This document shows, one piece after another, positions 14,297-20,351 of a stretch of 20,351 nucleotides of DNA. The stretch is taken from the NCBI GenBank assembly GCA_050293845.1, contig JBNKNM010000089.1, positions 1 to 20,351 on the forward strand, in the 5' to 3' direction. Under the pieces are notes generated by a model. That model saw only the letters and a list, made by a program, of their open reading frames with translations. It made no database searches and was not told the origin of the DNA. The position numbers were made by a program, and so were the translations under genes. Numbering within the stretch: position 1 is the stretch's first letter; each line of letters begins with the position of its first letter. Source of the DNA: Pseudobacteriovorax sp. Its GTDB lineage: Bacteria > Bdellovibrionota_B > Oligoflexia > Oligoflexales > Oligoflexaceae.

Positions 14297-17155
14297 TTGC
14301 AAGATCACTATCTCACTGTCAAAGGGGCGGAAGAGCATAATCTTAAGAATGTAAAACTGAAGATCCCCAAAAACAAACTCGTCGTTTTTACAGGTGTCTC
14401 TGGATCAGGAAAATCCAGTATGGCGTTTGATACAATTTTTGCCGAAGGCCAGCGTAGATATGTGGAATCACTAAGTTCCTACGCCAGACAATTTTTAGGG
14501 CAGATGGATAAGCCCAAGTATGAAACCATTCGCGGACTATCCCCTACAATCTCTATCGAACAAAAAGCCGCCAGCAAAAATCCTCGATCTACGGTAGGAA
14601 CGATAACCGAAGTGTATGACTACTTGCGTGTTCTCTATGCCAGAATTGGAGTGCAATATTGCTACCGATGCGGCGAAGAAGTAGGACGAGGCGACCCCGA
14701 ATCTATGGCTACCGAAATTATTCAATTAGGGGCAAAGACAAAAGTTTTACTTCTAGCCCCCATAGTTGAAAACCGTAAGGGGGAACACAAAGACCTGCTA
14801 TCGGAACTCAAGGCTGAGGGATATGAAAGAGTTCGTGTCAATGGAGTGGTTTCTCGTATTGATGACGTACAATCCCTCGCTAAACATAAAAAACATTCCA
14901 TCGAAGTTGTCGTAGACCGTCTTGTTATCAAGGCCAAAGATACTGAATTTAAAACCCGATTACTGGACTCCATCGAAATAACGCTGAAATTGGGTAAAGG
15001 TAGTTTAATCGTACAAACCCAGGAGAAGGACGGCAATAAAGATCACCGCATGAGTGAAGAACGCAGCTGCTGTGGTCTAGCCTACCCGGAACTTGTTCCT
15101 CCTCTTTTTTCATTTAATTCTCCCCAAGGGATGTGTCCCGATTGCAATGGACTAGGCACAGTCTTATCGATGGACCCCGATAAATTAATCCCGAATAAAG
15201 ACTTAACAATCCGCGAAGGAGCTGTTCTACCTTGGAAAAACTACTTCAACGGAGTCAACCAAGAGCAAGAAGGTTCATGGAGTCATGAACGTTTCCAAGC
15301 CATGGAAATGCAGTGGGGTATCGACTTTGATATCCCTTGGAAAAAACTTCCTAAAAGAGAACGCGACCTAATCTTATACGGTGACTCTACTAAAACGCTG
15401 AAGGTAACTTGGGAAGGCGACAGAAGCTCAGGAACTTGGGAACAGGCCTACGAGGGACTTGTAAATTCCTACATGCGTCGCTACCTTAAAACAAAGTCGG
15501 ATGGCATGAAAACTTGGTATCAGAAGTTTATGTCCAGCGCCCACTGTCAAAGCTGCAATGGCAAACGCCTAAAGCGTGAAGTCTTAGCAGTAAAAATCCA
15601 CAACAACTCCATCATGGACCTTTGTGCCAAATCCATCGAAAGTGCCCTCAGCTTTTTTAAAAATCTTAAGCTCACAGGTAACAAGCAACTGATCGCTCAA
15701 GAGTTGGTAAAGGAAATCCTGAATCGCTTACTGTTTTTGGTCAATGTAGGTTTAGGCTACTTAAGTTTAGACCGTTATGGCCCCAGTTTATCAGGAGGAG
15801 AAGCCCAACGCATTCGTTTAGCATCCCAGATTGGATGCGAATTAACGGGTGTTCTCTATATCCTCGACGAACCTTCCATTGGCTTGCATCAGCGCGACAA
15901 CCAGAAGCTTCTCGCAACTCTTTGCCGCCTTAGGGACCTTGGGAACTCTCTCATTGTTGTCGAGCACGACGAGGAGACGATTGCCGCAGCTGATTGGATC
16001 GTTGATTTCGGGCCAGGGGCTGGGATCGAAGGGGGGGCTATTACTGCTTCCGGACCTCCTGAAAAAATTATGAAGAGCAGCAGATCTTTAACTGGTAAGT
16101 ATCTCAGTGGAAAAAAATCGATTAAGCCGCCCCCAAAGCGCCGCGCCTATACAAAGGATTCTTCCACCATCGATATTATAGGAGCTAAAGAAAACAATCT
16201 TAAAAACATCAATGTCTCAATTCCCTTAGGATTGTTTATTGCTATTACTGGGGTATCTGGAGCAGGAAAATCAACCTTAATCAATCAAATTCTCTACCCA
16301 GCTATTGCCAAGAAACTACATAACAGTGATGCATTTGTGGGCAAGCATAAAGCCATTTCGGGGATTGAACATATTGATAAGGTCATCAATATTGACCAAA
16401 AACCCATTGGTCGCACACCTCGTAGTAATCCTGCAACCTATACTAAATTATTCGATCTCATTCGCGAGCTTTACGCCATGCTTCCTGAATCGAAACTGCG
16501 GGGTTATAAAAAGGGAAGATTTAGTTTTAATGTAAAAGGGGGACGCTGCGAAGAATGCCAAGGGGATGGCTATATTAAAGTGGAAATGCACTTTCTTGCC
16601 GATGTCTTTGTACCCTGTGAAGTTTGTAAAGGACACCGCTTCAACGCGGCAACTTGCGAGGTGCTTTACAAGGGGATGTCCATCGCTGATGTTTTAGAAC
16701 TGTCGGTAGCTGAAGCTAATGAAGTTTTTACCAACCATCCCAAAATCGTTGCTATTTTAAAGACACTAATCGATGTTGGTCTGTCATACATTAAGCTGGG
16801 TCAGGCGGCAACAACCTTATCGGGAGGTGAGGCACAACGAATAAAGTTAGCTCGGGAACTAGCAAAGCGAGATACGGGAAGAACCCTCTACATTTTAGAT
16901 GAGCCGACTACAGGTTTGCATTTTCATGATATCGCCCAACTGCTGTCTGTACTACAAAGGTTAGCTGACAACGGCAACACTATTGTTGTGATCGAACATA
17001 ACCTGGATGTTATCAAATGCGCTGATTGGATCATCGATATAGGGCCAGAAGGGGGCGCTAATGGCGGTAAGATAATTGCCCAGGGAACCCCTGAGCGGTT
17101 GGCAAAATTGAAGAGTTCAGTGACCGGAAAGTTCATCCGGTCAGTTTTGTCCTAA
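14297..17155 (+). CDS. uvrA: Excinuclease ABC subunit A
   Basis: Begins [18 protein letters not shown]. Two Walker A motifs ([16 protein letters not shown]), [12 protein letters not shown], two LSGGEAQRI signatures and zinc-finger CxxC pairs. TTG start at 14297 after SD GGAGAGG gives about 952 aa. The longer ORF-track start overlaps lpxL. Confidence 0.98.
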   Translation: MQDHYLTVKGAEEHNLKNVKLKIPKNKLVVFTGVSGSGKSSMAFDTIFAEGQRRYVESLSSYARQFLGQMDKPKYETIRGLSPTISIEQKAASKNPRSTVGTITEVYDYLRVLYARIGVQYCYRCGEEVGRGDPESMATEIIQLGAKTKVLLLAPIVENRKGEHKDLLSELKAEGYERVRVNGVVSRIDDVQSLAKHKKHSIEVVVDRLVIKAKDTEFKTRLLDSIEITLKLGKGSLIVQTQEKDGNKDHRMSEERSCCGLAYPELVPPLFSFNSPQGMCPDCNGLGTVLSMDPDKLIPNKDLTIREGAVLPWKNYFNGVNQEQEGSWSHERFQAMEMQWGIDFDIPWKKLPKRERDLILYGDSTKTLKVTWEGDRSSGTWEQAYEGLVNSYMRRYLKTKSDGMKTWYQKFMSSAHCQSCNGKRLKREVLAVKIHNNSIMDLCAKSIESALSFFKNLKLTGNKQLIAQELVKEILNRLLFLVNVGLGYLSLDRYGPSLSGGEAQRIRLASQIGCELTGVLYILDEPSIGLHQRDNQKLLATLCRLRDLGNSLIVVEHDEETIAAADWIVDFGPGAGIEGGAITASGPPEKIMKSSRSLTGKYLSGKKSIKPPPKRRAYTKDSSTIDIIGAKENNLKNINVSIPLGLFIAITGVSGAGKSTLINQILYPAIAKKLHNSDAFVGKHKAISGIEHIDKVINIDQKPIGRTPRSNPATYTKLFDLIRELYAMLPESKLRGYKKGRFSFNVKGGRCEECQGDGYIKVEMHFLADVFVPCEVCKGHRFNAATCEVLYKGMSIADVLELSVAEANEVFTNHPKIVAILKTLIDVGLSYIKLGQAATTLSGGEAQRIKLARELAKRDTGRTLYILDEPTTGLHFHDIAQLLSVLQRLADNGNTIVVIEHNLDVIKCADWIIDIGPEGGANGGKIIAQGTPERLAKLKSSVTGKFIRSVLS

Positions 17156-17291
17156 TGTGCCAGACACAGGGCCAAGAAGCTCTATAAAACTAGTCTAACA
17201 GGATGATTTTAAAGGATATTCAGGAATAGCTGTAGATTCCTAGGGGTTTGGTCGATAGGAGTTAATGGGGTTGGCCAAGGGAGGCATACTT

Positions 17292-17768
17292 TTGAATATA
17301 TTAAGAAAAATTTTCTCGCTCGTATGGGCTCTGTCATTTTTTCCTGTAAATGCTTGTTATGATGAAGATCAAAGGGTCTTACCCTCTTCAAGCTCGCAGC
17401 CCATTGCTAACGCAGGAGATGTTGCTGCGGGAAGTGGCACAAAACAAAATAACTCTCAAGCTTCAGAGGACACACCAATAGACGACATCGACCTTACCAA
17501 TGTAACTTATGCTAACGACATCGCACCTATTTTGCAGGACTCATGTATTAATTGTCATAGTACCAACGGCAACGCAGCCTTTTTACCTTTAGAAAATGCC
17601 AATCAGCTGCAATTGGCGTTAGGTGACGACCCAGATTCCAGTACGAATGGTTTTCTACTTAGATTAACCAACGACGATGCACCTATGCCTGCTAATAGTA
17701 GCAACGAATTTCGCAGCGATCTGATTAAGATTTTCAATGGCTGGCAGGACAACAAATTTCAATTATAG
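17292..17768 (+). CDS. Mono-heme c-type cytochrome, probable lipoprotein
   Basis: TY..DIAPILQDSCINCHS (CxxCH) with a likely distal Met in APMP. Basic then hydrophobic N-terminus ending VNAC, followed by a low-complexity linker. TTG start at 17292 after SD GGGAGG. Confidence 0.8.
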   Translation: MNILRKIFSLVWALSFFPVNACYDEDQRVLPSSSSQPIANAGDVAAGSGTKQNNSQASEDTPIDDIDLTNVTYANDIAPILQDSCINCHSTNGNAAFLPLENANQLQLALGDDPDSSTNGFLLRLTNDDAPMPANSSNEFRSDLIKIFNGWQDNKFQL

Positions 17769-17778
17769 CCCCAAAATC

Positions 17779-17886
17779 CGAAAAATTCTTTGTTTGCTGC
17801 GTTATGCAAACTTTCCGAAGTCCTTTCCGACCTTGGGTACGCTGCGGTTTAGTAAAGTCGTCATGCCTTGCACCCGAAGCTTTTCG
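17779..17886. repeat. Degenerate long inverted repeat between convergent genes (REP/MITE-like or bidirectional terminator region)
   Basis: CGAAAA (17779-17784) / TTTTCG (17881-17886), with further inner complementary patches ATG..ACTTT / AAAGT..CAT. Tandem CTTTCCGA at 17811 and 17823. Confidence 0.3.
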
Positions 17887-17950
17887 CATTACTTAAAATT
17901 ATTATCTTATTTTTCAATGATTCCGATCCGGGTTAAAGCCCAGATCCAAA

Positions 17951-19135
17951 TTATAACCGGGGTGATCCCTTCTTAATCTGCTCAATGGCCTGTTCCAAAC
18001 CGGTAAGCGTCATAGAAAACATTTCTGGGAAGACTTTTCTAATCAGGCGGTTTGAAGGAATCTCCCAGTATTGCTCCGGCTCAGGATTGAGCCAAACGGC
18101 ATGGGTGAAATGATCTCGCAATCTTTTAATCCACATCAAACCCGGTTCTGGATTATGATGAAAGTAATCAACAGAGCCTCCTACCTCTGTAAGTTCATAA
18201 GGGCTCATCGCGGCATCCCCCACAATGAAAAGATACCAACTGGGATCATAGTGAGACAGAAACTCTAAGGTACCGATCTTCTCTTCCTGCTCCATGTCTT
18301 TATACAAGAACTCATAGGGTGAGTTATGAAAATATAAGTGTTTAAAGTCTTTAAAGTGTGCCGACTGAAAAGCAGCGGAAAATAATTGCTCACAGATATC
18401 TGAATGGAATGTCATTGATCCACCAACATCCATCAATAACAGCAATTTAACTTGATTACGACGCTCTGGTTTCAATACGATTTCTATATCGCCAGCATTT
18501 TTACCAGTTGCACGGATAGTTTCGGGAAGGTCTAGCTCTTCACGCCCTCCCAGTCGTCCCCAAGCCCTAAGGTCGCGCAAAGCAAGTCCTATTTGACGCA
18601 CATCAAGGGTGATATCTTTGCGGAAATTGCGAAATACCCTTTTACTGGCAGTTTGGACAGCCCGCTTATGAGAGCTTTGTCCGCCTACACGAATGCCTGA
18701 AGGATGATAGCCACTATGTCCAAAAGGACTAGTTCCACCGGTTCCAATCCACTTATTCCCACCATCATGCTTTTCTTTTTGCTCCTGTAAACGCTTGTCA
18801 AACATATCCTGTAATTCTTCGAGGTTCAAAGCCTTTAACATCGCCTGCTGCTCAGGTGTTAACACTCTAGGAGGAATAGGATTTTTTAGCCACTCCTCGA
18901 ATAGCGAGAAATCTTCCTCACTAGCCTCAATACCAGCAAAATAGGACATAAAGCTCTGATCAAAAGCATCAAAATCAGTCTCGCTGCGGCATAAAATTGC
19001 GCGGGACACTGTGTAAAATCTATATAAGGACGCGCGAATGAGATTCTTCTCTAGAGCTTCCATCAGCAACAACCATTGTTGAGTGGTAACGGACACTCCA
19101 TTGCTTCGCAAATGATAAAAAAATTCGATAAACAT
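17951..19135 (-). CDS. VWA domain-containing protein, CoxE-like, MoxR partner
   Basis: GGNKWIGTGGTSPFGHSG, DVGGSM (MIDAS variant), YFHN, VGDAAMSPYEL and WLNP motifs. Directly downstream of a MoxR ATPase. Confidence 0.9.
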   Translation of the reverse strand: MFIEFFYHLRSNGVSVTTQQWLLLMEALEKNLIRASLYRFYTVSRAILCRSETDFDAFDQSFMSYFAGIEASEEDFSLFEEWLKNPIPPRVLTPEQQAMLKALNLEELQDMFDKRLQEQKEKHDGGNKWIGTGGTSPFGHSGYHPSGIRVGGQSSHKRAVQTASKRVFRNFRKDITLDVRQIGLALRDLRAWGRLGGREELDLPETIRATGKNAGDIEIVLKPERRNQVKLLLLMDVGGSMTFHSDICEQLFSAAFQSAHFKDFKHLYFHNSPYEFLYKDMEQEEKIGTLEFLSHYDPSWYLFIVGDAAMSPYELTEVGGSVDYFHHNPEPGLMWIKRLRDHFTHAVWLNPEPEQYWEIPSNRLIRKVFPEMFSMTLTGLEQAIEQIKKGSPRL

Positions 19136-19176
19136 AACGTGCCTAATTCCAGGACTTGAATCAATGGGGTTTTGTT

Positions 19177-20016
19177 CTAGATGAAACGACCTTTGGACCC
19201 ACGAAATCCGTTTACAAATGAGTTAAGATCATTTTCTTTTTTCAATAACACACCAATAAACGGAAATTCTTTTTCTAGTCGTTTAATAGGAACCTTAGCT
19301 CTAGCCAGGGCCCTCACCCAATCGATGAGCTCACTAGTCGAGGGTTTTTTTCTAATATCACCTTGATCACGCAACCAATAAAATTTTACTAAACACTGAT
19401 CGAGCAACTTTTTTTCTATTGCAGGATGGTGTACTTTTACAATTTTTTCCATTTGGCTTTGATCAGGGAATGTAATGTAATGAAATACACAACGACGTAG
19501 GAATGCATCAGGGAGTTCTTTTTCTGCATTAGAGCTAATGATTACCACGGGTCTGTGCTTAGCCTTAATGGTCTGCCGCGTTTCTGGGATGTAGAAACTC
19601 ATCGCATCGAGTTCATGAAGTAGATCATTGGGAAACTCTACATCCGCCTTGTCGATTTCGTCGATTAACACAACCGAAGGATCTTCACCTGCAAATGCCT
19701 CACCCAAAGGGCCTAGTTTGATATAATTCTCAATGTTATCAACATCCCCTCCTCCGAAGCGAGAATCATTTAACCTTTGGACAGCGTCGTAAGTGTAGAG
19801 CCCTTCCTGCGCTTTTGAAGTCGATTTTACGTGCCAAGTATGTAATTTGAGGTTTAGGGATTCAGCAACCGCTTTTGCGAGCACAGTTTTTCCGGTTCCC
19901 GGCTCTCCCCGAATTAGCAGTGGTCTTTCTAAGACACAAGCAACATTGACAATATCCTTTAATTCCTCTGAGGCAATGTAATCTTCAGTACCTAAAAACA
20001 CCCCTTCTCGACTCAT
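19177..20016 (-). CDS. MoxR-family AAA+ ATPase (CoxD-like)
   Basis: GEPGTGKT Walker A, YDAVQRL.DS, VLIDEIDKAD.EFPNDLL Walker B, SNAEKELPDAFLRRC and KKPSTSELIDW motifs. SD GGGAG upstream, and TATAAT on the - strand at 20045-20050. Confidence 0.94.
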   Translation of the reverse strand: MSREGVFLGTEDYIASEELKDIVNVACVLERPLLIRGEPGTGKTVLAKAVAESLNLKLHTWHVKSTSKAQEGLYTYDAVQRLNDSRFGGGDVDNIENYIKLGPLGEAFAGEDPSVVLIDEIDKADVEFPNDLLHELDAMSFYIPETRQTIKAKHRPVVIISSNAEKELPDAFLRRCVFHYITFPDQSQMEKIVKVHHPAIEKKLLDQCLVKFYWLRDQGDIRKKPSTSELIDWVRALARAKVPIKRLEKEFPFIGVLLKKENDLNSFVNGFRGSKGRFI

Positions 20017-20351
20017 ATTCTCCCTTTCTTATGTCAAGTCGCGCATTATAGAGAAGAAATCAAGTTTGGCCTAGTGAGTTAAATTGGCTTTTATTCATCC
20101 CCAATGAATGAAATTTTACTACAAAAAACACGCCAGATAGTCGCTTTTCAGTGTAAAAGTTTAATAAATAGTCATACTTGAAGGATGCGTTTAAAGAAAA
20201 AGCTACCATTTTGTTGTCTTTTATGGTAAATAAATGTTGCTTTTTTTCAAAAAGTTATCGCTAGCTCCTAAATAAGAAGCTATAAAGATAACAACAAATT
20301 AGTTGGATTTACTTGTTTCGGGTTGGCCAATCCCAGCAAAAGTCAAGAATC

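Noticed and set aside
17737..17976. 79-aa + strand ORF between the cytochrome and the VWA gene
   Set aside because: It overlaps both neighbours and runs through the palindromic region, with no motif.
20017..20351. AT-rich right end, including the near-palindrome GGGTTGGCCAATCCC
   Set aside because: No ORF, RNA gene or repeat array can be supported; it is probably promoter or intergenic DNA, or the tail of a gene outside the window.
1..20351. CRISPR arrays, tRNA/rRNA genes, prophage or defence genes
   Set aside because: No regularly spaced repeats, cloverleaf or rRNA signatures, or phage/defence motifs were seen by eye.

Overview
Chromosomal bacterial window of roughly 40-43% GC (estimated by eye). 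The gene mix (membrane-anchored subtilase, PilZ and Hpt proteins, lipoprotein cytochrome c, lipid A acyltransferase) suggests a diderm deltaproteobacterium-like or Bdellovibrionota/Oligoflexia host; this is inference only. Left to right: an S8 subtilase (-); a divergent two-gene unit made of a small cyanobacterial-type helical protein and a 531-aa two-TM hypothetical protein; a cobalamin riboswitch heading an eight-gene cobamide salvage/remodelling operon (cobO/btuR, cbiZ, cobU, cbiB, cobD, cobT, cobS, cobC) with no corrin-ring synthesis or transport genes; a convergent Hpt + PilZ-like pair; a decayed IS200/IS605 element (broken tnpA, intact left-end hairpin, middle replaced by a palindromic insert, no tnpB); ispA; an LpxL-family acyltransferase; uvrA; a mono-heme cytochrome c lipoprotein; and a MoxR AAA+/VWA (CoxD/CoxE-like) pair. 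No rRNA, tRNA or CRISPR array was seen. The best leads are the CbiZ-containing remodelling operon, the uncharacterised 68-aa/531-aa pair, and the Hpt-PilZ unit sitting where tnpB would be expected.
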